A DNA stretch of 62,935 bases from Atractiella rhizophila (lineage: Eukaryota), in the NCBI GenBank assembly GCA_021432655.1, contig MU271451.1, positions 1 through 62,935 of the forward strand. The letters run 5' to 3'. The position numbers and the translations under genes were made by a program. Positions 13,286 to 26,103 of the stretch are shown here, one piece after another. Below the pieces are notes generated by a model. It worked only from the letters and a program-made list of their open reading frames with translations. It made no database searches and had not been told where the DNA came from. Each line of letters opens with the position of its first letter. The first letter of the stretch is position 1.

Positions 13286-14475
13286 TCACGTAATAGTCAC
13301 TCCTGAAGCGGTCCTCTTCATCTGAATACCCTTAGTCTCCTCTCCATCCCCAAAATCGCTAAACTCATCACTCCACCTCTCCTCCCTCCTCTCCCTTCCC
13401 TCCCCAATCAAGTCCACCCGACTCCTGCTCGCATCACCCACATACGGTCTCCCCTCCTCGTCCAGGAGACCCTCACGTTCGGCGCCCACGGCCTCCTCCT
13501 CATCCTCCAAGTTGAAGGTAGGGAGGGTTACGACGGAGCTGACGTGCTTCTGGGTCAGTCGCCAGACGTACCATCCCGTGCCTATGCCCAGGAGGGAGCC
13601 GAGGATGACGTAGACTGCGTTCAACGCTTTTGCGGTCGAGTCCATCTTCAGTCGCTCTTCTTCATCTGAGAGCAGGTACAGGCGCGAGCCGGTGAAGACG
13701 TGCAAGAGACTGTCCCAGTTACATGTCAAGGTCAGAACGAGGAACTTGAGGGAAAGTAGAGAGTAGAACGGACAGTTTTGGTGTGATGAAGAGAGTTGCG
13801 AGGAGGAATTGAGAGATGGAGACGCTTTCTATTCTACGTACACACAGTCAGTTGTCGGCTTGGCTGGATGAATGAGAGTAGCATGTGGACGTACGATGCG
13901 AAGAAGAGGTTGGAGTAAGGGAAGGGGAAAGGACAGAAGCGTATGAGGATGACGAGAGATGTGCCTTTCGCTCGCACGGCTGTTGCGAGGGCGGAGAAGG
14001 TGGGAGAAGCGTCTAGGAAGGGCAGGAACCTCTTAAGAGCCAGCCGACACACTCTGTTCATCGTTCAATGCTCAGTTCAACTCCTTTATCCTGCTAAGCT
14101 TGAATGAAACGGAGTGGCGCACATAAAACTTAATGTTGATCCAAGGAGACACCCCACGACAGCAATGAGCCATCCTCTCCAGACACCAAAAGCGAATCCA
14201 CAAATGGTGATGCACGTCCCATACCCTACGAGGGGAGGAAAGGAACTTGCGACAATAAGTACCAACAGGAGGGCCCATCCATACTCGGACTGTTCGAGAG
14301 ACTTCCCCCAGAGTGCGAGCTGGTTGAAGATTGTCTGTGGGCCGAGTATGAGGACAAGGACGAAGAGTGCGGTGTTGATTGCGAGGTAGAGGTGGACGAA
14401 CGAGCGAGTCGAGGGCGAGAGGGAGGAGTAGGTCGCGTGCAGCGAGCGCAGGCGTGAGAAGAGCCAGGATGTCAT
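13286..14475 (-). CDS. TVP38: Golgi membrane protein Tvp38/TMEM64 (VTT/DedA, SNARE-associated domain)
   Basis: SSFPPLVGYGTCITICGFAFGVWRGW, LVILIRFCPFPFPYSNLFFAS, LLHVFTGSRL and an acidic C-tail. ATG at 14475. Confidence 0.9.
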
Positions 14476-15903
14476 GGTTGAGTTGTGTTGGAAGCGCAAG
14501 AAAAATGCGGGAGCTGGAGCAAAAACTTCCCTTCCCGAACTTACACCCGGCCGGAAAGCGATCGAAGGGAGGATCCAAGTTGATCCAAGTTGCAGATTAT
14601 CTGGCCGAATCTGGCAGAATATCGTAGGGTATCCAAAAAACGAAAGGCTGGTGGCAGATGGGGAGAGTGAAAAGACGGCAACTGGGCATCGTGAAATCAG
14701 AAGAGGCTGAATGGATCTAATGACGTGAGGGCAGTAGTAATGGATTATTATGGATGTACGGCGCCTTGGCTTTGTGGTTCTAGCTTCAGTCGCATTGTGT
14801 TCGTAACTGACAGCGTGGGAGCAAGATTGGCTTCCAATTGGGTGTCTTTCTCAAAGTAGCCAAAGATGATGGGATAAATTACTCGTTGGGCACATGATTC
14901 TCACAAAAAGAGCCCTTTCTTGCTCTGAACGACGACATCGGGTAAGGCCCATAAATGCCACCTTTCAAGTATCATCGTATGGTGTATCAACAGCCTATAA
15001 CAGCCACAAAGTCAAATCGCCAGTAGTCGCGACTTCCTAAAAGAATATGCTTAGAGGAGAAAGAACATAGAGAACGTGGCGTTTTGGAAAGAGTCCGTGG
15101 GCTGAGTCGACTTGATCACGCCAACTATCTTTCTCTGCTAGATAAATTAGTGACCATACGCCATGAATGAAGGGTGCACACACCCAGCGGTGTTATCATT
15201 TGTCAGAAAGACTCTTTTCGACCTGTGTCGATGCCAGTGACGGCGAAGATGCGAATGTTGAAGTTCTCGAATCAAAGCGTGTCTGAGCATAACGACATCG
15301 TTGAAAAACAGCTGGGATGACATCGCAAGTAGAAGAAACGGTCGTGCCCAGACAATAGAGAAAGACCGGGTATTGTTAGCTGGTCATCCAAGCGTTAGCG
15401 ATGCCCCATTGATAGAAGCAGATAATCCAGCGAAAATGGACGGTTGAACGAGAGTAATGACAGGTTTACTCAGTAACGCATCAGTGGAACGTCCTGAAGC
15501 TCTGTACGTTTTCTGAAGCATTACTCTATTAGTTCTACAGAATGCAATAAAGTACCACACCTCCCTTCAAGTTGAGATCTTGTAGTCTAAGGAGTGTTAA
15601 CTATCACCGTGCGTGTAAAGAGTGTGCAGGACACCAAGACAATAAGTCGTCATTGGTTCTTTGTTGGTTGACGTTACTTGCCCTTGCCAACTTCGAGTTC
15701 TTAAAGTTTTGTTCCCTTCGCCACAAGGCGAACCATCATACGCATTATAGGATGATTTTTAGGATACAGGTCTATCTACATGTGAAGGTCGCGGATCTTG
15801 GAAAGACAATAGCCGCTGAAACAGGGGAGTGAAAGACATTCATGTAACCAGTGTTACAATGCAAGGAATTGTGAATTGTGCAACTTCAAAGACATCACGG
15901 TTC

Positions 15904-17676
15904 CTAGGCGGTGGTGGGATAGAGGCGAGCATCAGGGAAATGTTTGAGGACGCGGGGCCACAGCCAAAACATTGGTGTGGCATAGGAGATATCTGGACAG
16001 TCCTCATCGGTTCCCGTCGCCCCAACCAATACGCCTCCAATTTTGCCGAATCCATCAACGATGACAGCGCCGGAGTCTCCAGGGCCAGAGAAGAGGGGGC
16101 ACATCTCCCTGCCATTAAAAAGGGACTCCGTATAATTGAATACGGCCCAAGCCATCCCATCTTCTCCCGTCTTCACGTCTCTCACGAAGGAGAAACAACC
16201 AGTGGGGAGGCCGATCGTCACTCCAGTGGCATTGCCACTCTTGATCACGAGATTGCAGGGTTCTTTGTTGTCAACTGCGATTGTGTCGGGCGATAACAGA
16301 ATTTGTTCGCTCATTATGTCGCGGAGAGGCAAGAGGCGATAGAGGGGATACCTGAAGGCTTCTTGAGCTTCGTCCTGTGGTTGCACATGCCTCATCGCCC
16401 TGCCCAGATCTCCTGCACAGAAGGAGGTACCTAAAACCACCCTAAGGAGGATGTTAGAGTGATTAAAGTAACAAACCCATCGAGATCAATGAAGTTGCCT
16501 TTCAGAGTAGGCTTAAACCTTCGCTCGTCGATCTCAATCACCGCCCAATCCTCCAAAAATTCCTGACTACTACAGCCATGAGAGTTAGAGATGGGGGAGC
16601 GTATCGGATGTGTCCAATAATGCGCAGGAGGGGATCACTCCATTCTTCGTTAACCATCGATTCGAACTTGCCCAAACCAGCCAGCGCCGACCTACCGTGT
16701 TCCAAGCGCTGCATGACCCGCCTTAGATGGCGCTTCCTTTCATCCTCTTCCTCGTCGTGCTCTCCCCCCAAATCCTCCTCATGACCATTGATCTCACTCT
16801 CCCTAAATTCGATATCTGACTCGTGATGGCGAATCTCACTCCCGACCGACTTCAACAATCTCTCGAATCCCTTCGTCCCGAGCAGCATGACAGGCTTTTG
16901 GGGTTCGCCAGCGTCGGCGTCATCGAACGCTTTGTTCTCGTTATTGGGTTGAGATCCGGTGGGAGGGAGGAGAACGTGGCGACAAGTGAGCCCGAAAATC
17001 TTGTCGTTGCCTTCCCCTTCTTGGAAGTAAAGGGTCAACGTTCCCTCCTGATCTGAGCTCTGGGAACCAGCAATCGGGAGTCCAAGCGTACTGGTAAGGG
17101 GACCACGGACCGCGGCTGTTGAATGGAAGTCATCAACTGAGCGCAAGAGGGGGGACCCCTAGATGATAAGCGCCTGTACGTTGACTCCCGATACTCGATT
17201 TCGACGTCTTGAATTCCATATTCGATCAAGAGGTCGAGGACAGCTTCAGCAGACCACGCTACATCGTCGATAGCTAAGGAGTTTGGCGACACCGCAATCC
17301 AAATGAGGACTGGACCGCGAATCTCTGGATCGCCGTATTCTCGTCCCTTCGTGATGAATCTGGCGACGTCAATGGATGAGTAAGGGACATTTTGGGCCCT
17401 CAGCAGGTCACGGATGCGTGGCCCCAGTTCCGGCCAGAGGCGGTTGAGGGGATGCCCAAACACGCCGACCACCTTCTTAGGATATGGATCAAGAGAAAAA
17501 CGATCGTGAGAATATTTCCAAGGATGTCTATCCCGGCCGGTGCGGTATAGCAGCCTAGGAGGGACGAACGAAATGCCGTAGTAGTATCGCTGCAGTTCCT
17601 CCTCTGGAATATTGATGGTGGTCACTAATATAATGAAGTCCTGAGTGCTGACAAGAGTTATCATAACAAAGAACAC
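15904..17676 (-). CDS. Trypsin/chymotrypsin-fold serine protease (Ssy5/S64- or Nal1-like), interrupted by two 1-bp frameshifts at homopolymers
   Basis: Triad motifs in order: GLTCRHV (His), EDWAVIEID (Asp, after restoring the frame near 16593), VIKSGNATGVTIG and FSGPGDSGAVIVD (Ser). Frames switch in G runs near 17150 and 16593. Confidence 0.75.
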
Positions 17677-18467
17677 TCACTTATGAACGCTTTATGTCTA
17701 TACAGCTTTATACTGCTTTATGAAGGTGGCGGTTAAAAACGCTCAGAATTTGTTTACATAATTTTGGCTTCCATCCACTTGCATCCATGACTTTCGTATC
17801 GCGCTCTGCAAACCTGGTCATTTTATTCGTGACAAAGATAAGGCCTAATCCAGTCAAATCTCAGGGTTCTTCCCCATCAATCAGTACTCGTAGCAAGCAA
17901 CTAGAGTACCAAACGCTGAAGAAACTGGAACCAGGCTTACAGTAGCTTAAACCTCTCCCCTCTGTTCTACGTTACTTGTTCTAATCAATCTTGAACTTCC
18001 TTAGAAGGACCTCTTATCCTCCCCTTTAGGCTTTCCTGGGTCGTCAACGATCCTCGTTGTACCTTGCCTAGTCTGTCTTGCTGATCGATCTGAGGACTTC
18101 GACTACACTTCAAAGCTTCAACATCCCATCCACTCCTCTGCCACATCTACGTGGTCCTCTCAGGGCACAGGACCACAAGGTCGGAGTTGATGCTGTCGGA
18201 CAACCTCTCAGAACCTCTCAAGATCAAGTCAGAGTTGGGTGTTTGGTTTTGTAAGTAAGTATAAATTGAAACAAATGGCATCTTTAACTGGAAGTTTCTA
18301 ATAACACAAGCACTTAAGTGAGGGATAGAACGTCAAACGATCGAGGATCTTCTTAAGTTACTCTCCAAAGAGACAGTAGTCGGAGGCATTCCTAACAAAG
18401 TGTACAAAGGCAATTGTATCAAATGTCCGTTTCTCCTTCCTGGCATCCCAGGATGCACAGTGGAAGT

Positions 18468-20103
18468 CTAGCGACTCAGGCTGCTGGATGCGGACGCCTC
18501 TCCGGCCTTGGTCTGCAAAGGCACCGCAGGAGGGTTGCTGTTGCTCTTCTTCTTCCTCGTCCCTGGTGACAGGTACTTTCTATCCTTTTCTTTCCCTTTG
18601 CCGACGCCTACTTTCCCCAACAAATCCAGAACGGCTCCTCCCTTGCCTTTCTCCTTCTGACTGCTGCGACTTCCCGCCCTCTTCCGCTTCATAAACGGTT
18701 CTTGCTCATCTCCACTCCCGTCGCTACTATAAGTCTCATATGAATTGAGACTCTCTGCCGACTGTAGCGAGGCGTTCGAAATGAAGGACGAGTGGTCGTC
18801 TTCCGCATCAGAGTCCAAGACGAGATTGCCTGTTTGTTGGTTGTGGGTGGGCAGACCAGCCTCGTCTTCTTCTTCATTAGCCGCGTCTTCAAGTTCAGAA
18901 CGCCAGGCATAACGGATCGCAACAGGGACCATGACCGCGACCACGATACCTGCGAGACCGAAGAAATTGCGCCAGGAAATGAGGTGAAAGTCGGCTGAGC
19001 TCGTCATCTGATCGAGCGTCGTGCCTATCTGAGTGTGGATGAACGAGACGCCCATGATTCCAAGGAAGGTGGCGATCCAGAACGTTCCCATTCCGATCCC
19101 GAGATGAGGGCACACGACGTTCACGACCCAATGTGGTGGGAGAGGTGCTATACGAAGGACGATCAGGTAACTAATGACATTTCCTCCTTGCTTTTCCACC
19201 CGAGTCTTCCACCGATCGACGCGACCACGCCACTTCGACGAATGGGCGAGAAGAGCGGGACCAATTAGTGCAGAGATGAGGTAGCATAGAAGAGCGCCGG
19301 TGGCCACACACTATAAACGCGGCATCAGTATTGTCGCTGGCAAGTGCATAAGACAAGGAAACTCACAAGGCAGACCAGAGGGAGGGCCATGAGAACGCCG
19401 TACATCGCTCCAGCAAGGATGGAAAGGTACATGCTACCGGGTAAGGAGAAGGCTTGCAGGCTTCAAGGGCGTTAGTGCCATGATGTATGGAGAGACGAAG
19501 AATCACTCACAAGAGATAAACACAAATGTATGTGCCAAGGACCCTGGCATAATTCTTGTCCTTATACACCTGCAGTACTTCATTAAGAGCCTTGAGGTCG
19601 TCAAAACTCTTGGGAATCTTGACCTTCGCTTTGTCCTCCGGATCATCTATCGGCGGTAGGAGCGTCTTGATGAGAACGATGAGAAAAGCGCAGGAGAAGA
19701 TGAAAAGGAATGCAGCCTTCAGGAGGGCAGTAAGGAGAGGTCGACGACGCAAAAACGCGATGGGATGTCTAGATTCGTCTTGCTCCGCAGGGGTATCAGG
19801 ATCCGGTTCCATGAGAGCATGAGTCGAAGATCTAATCGAGTCCATAGGCGAATGGATGATTTCTATTATCGTTGATTGCCGTTTGTGATGCTTTCTGCCT
19901 CCAATGGAAGTGCGGGAACCGGTCGATGACCTCGAGCGAATGGAGGCGTTGTCGTCGATTTCCGCCTCGTCGTCCGCGTTAGCCTCTTCCGGCGGAGATG
20001 GAGGGTTCGGCGGGAACGTGGTCATTGAATCAGAAGAAGGCGAAGGAGACGTAAGGGAGAGCGCAGATTTGCGAGAGGGTGGTGGATGGGGAACTGCAGT
20101 CAC
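18468..20103 (-). CDS. TMEM41/VMP1-like VTT-domain (DedA superfamily) membrane protein, 3 exons; start uncertain
   Basis: KIPKSFDDLKALNEVLQVYKD, YLFLQAFSLPGSMYLSILAGAMYG, CVATGALLCYLIS and YLIVLRIAPLPPHWVVNVVCPHLGI. Low-complexity N- and C-termini. Confidence 0.9.
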
Positions 20104-21130
20104 CAGCTGCGAGGAGACAGAAGGGGAGTGAGAGCGGAGACCAGCTGGTTGTAACGGTGGGGTCTGGGCAGGAGAGAAAGTGATAAGTGCAGGTGAAGAT
20201 GGGCGACGTGGTGCAGAGCTGTAAAGGACTCATTAGTCGTGATCCGGCATGGGGTTTTCTCCAGAAAACATTGCAGACAAAGGAGTACAATGCCATTTTC
20301 AGTAATACGATACCAGGGTTGCTAGCCAACAGAAGCACTTGCATGACTCTGATTGCGCGAGGAAGCGAAGCATGTTCGGGGTTGACCCTCACAGTAATGG
20401 AAGCAAGCCCATGATGCCTCTTGCTTCACAATAATAGCGTTGCAAAAACCTGAAGCACCACCGAGATGTAGGAAAAGCTCAATGCATGGTGGCTCCTTCA
20501 GAGTACCCAAAGTGTTGTTCTTCCGCGCAAATCACAAGCACGCAGTTTAAGCATGCTTTGAACAGAGAGCGGGAAAGAGGTTGGAGAATGTCTTAGAAAA
20601 AGGAAACTGGAGCTGTAAAAGTGCGACAAGTCCAGTGCCTTGGCCAGCGACCGGGCTAATGCCCCGCCGCCTCCGTCCCTCCGTTCTTTGCCTAAACAAT
20701 ACGCACACAACAAAGAAACTGACCTTGCTCGCTCCCTGCCCTCGCCCTCCGATGGACCAATAATGGTCTTCATGCTATGAGCCGAGAACTGTTGATCGTC
20801 ACGGTGGTTGGCTGAGGTGTTTGGATGGAGGAGATTGGAGTCGAAGTCAGAGAAACGATTGTTAACTGGTATGGGATGTGTCATTGACTGAGCTTGTTGG
20901 CGGATGGTGGTTCGACAGAGCGGGAGAACGATGGTGGTCCGGTGGTCAGAGTTGGTGGTGAATGATGAAATGAAATGGGTGAAGGCAAAGGGGCTGGCGG
21001 CAATTTCTTATATTGGAGGTTACAGCGCAAGGTAATGTTCTTCCGACCGTTACTAGTTTTCGACACTTTTATGCCTCTGACAGCCCATCACTAGCTGACA
21101 ATTGTTTGTAGATGCTTTAGTACCCCAAAA

Positions 21131-21147
21131 ACGCGAAAATCACGCGT
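21131..21147 (+). promoter_or_regulatory. Tandem MCB-type elements (ACGCGAAA and ACGCGT) just upstream of PSF3
   Basis: acgcgaaaat cacgcgt lies 29-45 bp upstream of the ATG of a DNA replication gene. ACGCGT is the established fungal MBF-binding MCB element. Confidence 0.6.
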
Positions 21148-21175
21148 CTAAATAACCCGTTACAACTTTGGCACG

Positions 21176-22121
21176 ATGAAAGACGACTACATTGGCGAAG
21201 AGTTCTACTCGATTGAGGCCATCCTCTCTGAAAATCAAGTTCGTACATCCTTTGTCACTGCTATGTGACCTGATCGACGTCAAAATCAGAAAATCCCAAC
21301 CACGTTCAACCTCACCGTCCCGAACTTGGGCTTTTTGGAAGGAGACGGCTCCGATTCGCGCGACGTTTGTATTTGTATTTCATTCATTGTCTTGCATGCC
21401 CAAGGAACGACGCTCATCCCTGCTGTTGGATTGTTGCAGATCCAAAAAGGCGTCACCCTAGCCTTGCCGTTCTGGATCGGCGACTACCTCTCCACCCATC
21501 CATCCTAGTCCGTCTATTCCGTTCTTAAAGGTTCAATGAAATGTAACCTGGGTAAATTATAGTGATTGGGTTTCCCTCTCTCTCCCTAAGCAGTTTGGAC
21601 CGCGGATACGGCAAGCACTGAAGGCAGACGCAAAGTCTGTCAATTTGCGAAACCTGAATGGAGGGGCAGGAATCTCAGGTGCAGGATATTGGTATGAGAT
21701 GGGCCTCCGAATGGACAATGTGTAAGTTTGAGACTTTTATTCTTCTCCTAAGAATCAGGAATCAGTTAGCTAATCTTTCGGAAGGATTCACGACGACACT
21801 CTGCGGGAAACTCTCGCGGACGCTTTTCAGAAACGCTTTCTCGAGATTACGATCAATCACAACACGCATCCGCCTCAAGTTCAAGTGGAGGCGGCGGCGC
21901 GTCAGTCGCTTCCGTGGGCGAGTCGCAGGCCACAGAATTCATCGTGGGCTTGGAGGAATGGGAAAGGGAATGTTCGTTTTCTCTCTGCCATCTTTCCTAT
22001 CTGAGAAGTGGACCGGATTGCAGTGTTCGTTTCTGGTGAGCAATCGGCGAGAATCATGAAGATTTATCTGGAGAAAGGACCCAATCATGTACCGTTACCT
22101 AACACTGGAACGAGTTTGTAA
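21176..22121 (+). CDS. PSF3: GINS complex subunit Psf3, 6 exons; one apparent 1-bp deletion near 21848
   Basis: Manual splicing gives MKDDYIGEEFYSIEAILSENQ|KIPTTFNLTVPNLGFLEG..|IQKGVTLALPFWIGDYL..|..PKQFGPRIRQALKADAKSVNLRNL..|..AFQKRFLEI[Y]DQSQH...EFIVGLEEWERE|LF. Stop at 22119-22121. Confidence 0.92.
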
Positions 22122-22248
22122 CACCCGTTGTACATTTACCTAGTTGTTTATCCTGCGCTCGGAGAAGCAGTCAATTCTCACCTTCATGAGGTGAAGATTT
22201 CATTCGAGACTCAGTGGGTAGCTACATGTATGACGGCGCTGCTTCCGA

Positions 22249-24025
22249 TTACCATCTGCTTCGCTGGTTGTCAAGTTGATCTGCTCCATCCTTCCACCCG
22301 ACCTCGAAGTAGCTTCCCTTGAAGCCGTAGGTCCTGTCCTGACCTGGTCTCGTCAAGTCAACGAAGAAAGCATTCGAGTTGTAGTCCACAATACGAAGCT
22401 GTTCCGTAAATTGATCAACAGTCCAAGACAAATCTCCAAACAAAGTTGAGATACACAGAGATCGTTTTGTCGAATCAGGGTCTCCAAATATAGGTGAGAA
22501 AGAGAGGTCCCTGTGTATCGAGGGAACGTGGGTCGATTTCGTATGGTGGAGGATGAAGGTGGGAATGGAAGCAGGTACGACATAGCACCAAAGCAGCTCC
22601 AGCTCCATCAGATTTGGTAGTTGTGACACCCTGTAAAGAAACTGATCGGATATCAGATTTGATACTTCATGATTTCCATCGATGACAAGCTCTCGAAGAC
22701 CTGGTCCCGATTTAGCTCTTCAGGAGAAGCGTCGAGGGACACATACCAGTCAAGGATAAAATGTCGTCGTCCACAGCAGCCAGCAGCGTCAAGGCAAGTT
22801 CGCCCTGCCAGGGACCTAGTTGGCACGTAAAATGACGCAGATGTGGACGAAGCTCGGCCATGAGCTGGAAAAGCTGTTCTGGTTGGAGAGAGTCATGTCG
22901 AAAACCTTCGAAAATAAAGTAAAAAATGGGTTCCTCGACCTTCGGACTAATCTGAGGCAACAGAAAGGGAAGGAACAATTGCAGCGAACTCGTGGTCATA
23001 AGGCACTCTCGAATAGTGAGAAACTGAAGGTTTACAGCAGTCTTGGCTGCACTGAAATTTGTTTCCACGCGAAGGTCCCATCCCAACATGCTGAAATCCC
23101 TAACTCGCAAACCTCGCGACAGGAGCAGAGAAAGATCATTTGCGTCCCATCGGCTGGCGCCGTGTCCAACTTTGTTGGATATTTGGAGATGAGACAGGAG
23201 TGGGAGAGACAAAAGATAGGTCAGAGCGATTTTTCTAATCGTTCTATTTGATGGCGGTCTGACGAACAACACTACCCAACCTAGGTTCTTGCAAAGGTGG
23301 AAGGCTTGAATGAGTAAAGACCAAATGATGTCCGTCGGATCATCTCGTCTGTCACCTATGAAAAGCTGTCGAAGGTACGGCGCAAAAGCAGCTGGATAAT
23401 GTCGCACAAATGTCAGAGGAGAAAGCCTTGGTCCGCTATCGCGTTGCCCACCAAGCAATCCCGGCATATTTCGAGAAGAGTACACAGTGCCTAGAGTGCA
23501 TCCGAGTGTAGACAGTGCCGTCTTTGCAAAGAATCTGTTGGTCAGGCGGATCTGCTGCAAGTAACGGGGAAGATTTGAATTTCCACGAACACTTATGTCG
23601 AGATCATCTCTCTCAATCATCGATGAGAAAATGAGATGCATCAACTCGGGCGGTAAGTCTGTGAAGGGATCATAGTCCCACTTTTCTTGCACAAATATTC
23701 TAACCATAACGCCGGGATGGGGGCTTGTAGAAGCAGAACGAGAGGTGTTATCCAGTATGAATTCCTTCGAAACTATCCAACAATGTTCCGGATGAAAAAG
23801 GAGACAAAGGGAACATTCTTCGTCGTGATCGAATTCGAATGTAACCGGAAAGACAGATTCGTCCCCGCGTTCGCTGAATGCAGCTTCATCCTTGGAAATT
23901 AGGGTAGATACCGCCAGAAGAGACGTAGACTTCCACAATTTGCGAACTCGATTGGTACATTCAAAGTAGGTCGTCACACTGTTATGTTGCTCCGCCGTGA
24001 CGACAGAGACAAGTGCGAGAAACAT
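22249..24025 (-). CDS. F-box protein with LRR-like C-terminal region (accessory family)
   Basis: Internal F-box DPFTDLPPELMHLIFS...LQQIRLTNRFFAKTA in the 437-aa ORF, followed by Leu-rich repeats. After a probable short intron near 22745-22710 it continues as LRELVIDGNHEVSNLISDQFLYRVSQLPNLMELELLWC into ORF 22249-22629. Confidence 0.7.
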
Positions 24026-26103
24026 GGGGCACGCTTTGAGGACCGGATATTGTCAAATGTCACCTTAGTCTGTCCAGGAAACCAAGGAGCCCCAAGCTCA
24101 GAAGCGAAGAATGGCGGTTTAAAATGGTCCATCAAATCAAATACTGTACCCTCGCCGAGAGCTCATGCATTCAACCCATGAATCAAGCGAACAGTAAATC
24201 ACTATGTTTCCCGAGCGGGAGCTCAAGAGACCTTTCGTTATAAGGAAGTAGACTATTGCTTTAACTCTCAGCACAATTGCTTATGTGTAACCTTTTGATA
24301 GGTTGCTTCATGCCGGCAAGACGTGCATGGCGAGAGAAGTTCCATCGCTCATCTCTTGAAATAATGGGGATCATGCCCAGATCACTTGGTCCCGCTTTCA
24401 GGCGAAGATTTCAAGTTTTGTTTTGAGAATGGAATGGAGATGTTGCAATGCATGAGTCAGGTACAGCCCAATCATCAACTGGCTTCAACTGTCCTGGCAA
24501 CAGGAACCACCTTGACTGGACTGGTTCAGGCATAATATCTCGTCCCTGACATCCTCCTTCCTCCTCCTTCCAACAGCATTCGCTGGATTTACAGTAAAGG
24601 AGACCTGAAAATCTTGAAACGTTGCTTGTCTCGAATTTTACGCCTTCGCATTCCTCATACATCGAGCACTGAGGATTCACGGTGGATTCGCGGCGCAATA
24701 TCTTCAACGTCTCCCTTCAGGACCCTCTTACGTCTCAGAATGGCTTCTTGTCAGACCAAGATTACTCTTCGAGTGGCTATACCCGTTTTTGACAACTGTG
24801 GCGCATCCTTCCGAGCTTACAACTTCCCTCATGCGAGTGCTCGCTACATTCCTAGGACGAAGAGCCCGCTATTGAACGAGGTGAAGCCGGATACCCAAGA
24901 GACTAATAAAAGTAAGAGGAAGAGAGAAGAAGAAGAAGAAGAGCAGGAGGATGTTATTGGGAAACAAGAGCAGACAAAGAAAGTGAAAGTGGAAGGCGGG
25001 AAGGAGAATCTTTGTGGCCTTAGACACTAAGGATACTTCATCTTGCCTTTACTTTCGCATTCTTCTGTTGCCTCTTATGCCTAAAACCCCGAAAAAAGCG
25101 AAAAAAGCTCGTTCGTGCTGCAAAAAAAACCGTATTTGCGCTACTTTCTTGGTCCTTCCACTCGTGGCACGAACTCCTCGCTCGCCCAGTGGCATATGTT
25201 ACATGCACATCTCACGACCTTTACGACTCTCATGACGACTCTATGTTATGGTATGTCACGCACCAAGTTTATCAAGATTAAAGTCAGTCCTTTCCTCTTT
25301 CTTGATTTTGTTTTGACGATAAGCCAGAGACATGCATATTCCATGTATCGACCCAATATGGGCCTCACCAGCAACAATGTGCTGTTTGTTCTCTCACTTG
25401 AGACTTGTACATTCTTTTACTGTCGACGCAGCTTTGTACTGACAGAAGGAATCAAGGCCGCGAAACTAATATTGCTCATATACCCATCATGACATTCAGT
25501 CTACATGTTATTTGCAACCAGTCGGCACGTCCCCTTCTCTTCCTTTCACACGCCGCCGATGCTGATGAAGTGCTCGTGCAGATTACCAATTTCGTGCTCA
25601 CCCTTTTGTCATAGCAACACATACAACAAACTCACATCACAACAAACGGTCAACTAGCAGGCCATTCAATTTCCTTCAGTATTAGGTTCATGCCTCGTTC
25701 AGTTCTCAACTTCCTGTATCTTTCGCACCAAAACTTGACATTTTCATTTGTTAGATCTCTACCGTGCCAACAGTCCATATGTATCATGCAGTAACCACTT
25801 TCGTGCAATGTACCGTCGCCTTCTTGAACACATTGCAAAAATTGCTCTTTCCTGATACCTATCGAGCTCCATTTCTGTTCCGCTTCCTCTATGCTTCCTC
25901 TATCATGGCAGACAACGCAGGTTTAGAGAGAGGAAATGAAGTGCGTCTGTGAGCATGCCTGCTCACCTTATATAACTGGACAGAAATATGAACGTGGAGC
26001 AATGGATTCTTCGAAAGATGTCCAAAGTTGGATATGGGTATGAAATTGCTCCTCCGAGTGAATGAATGACCACATACATTACACCCTTCCTTCTACCTCT
26101 ACT

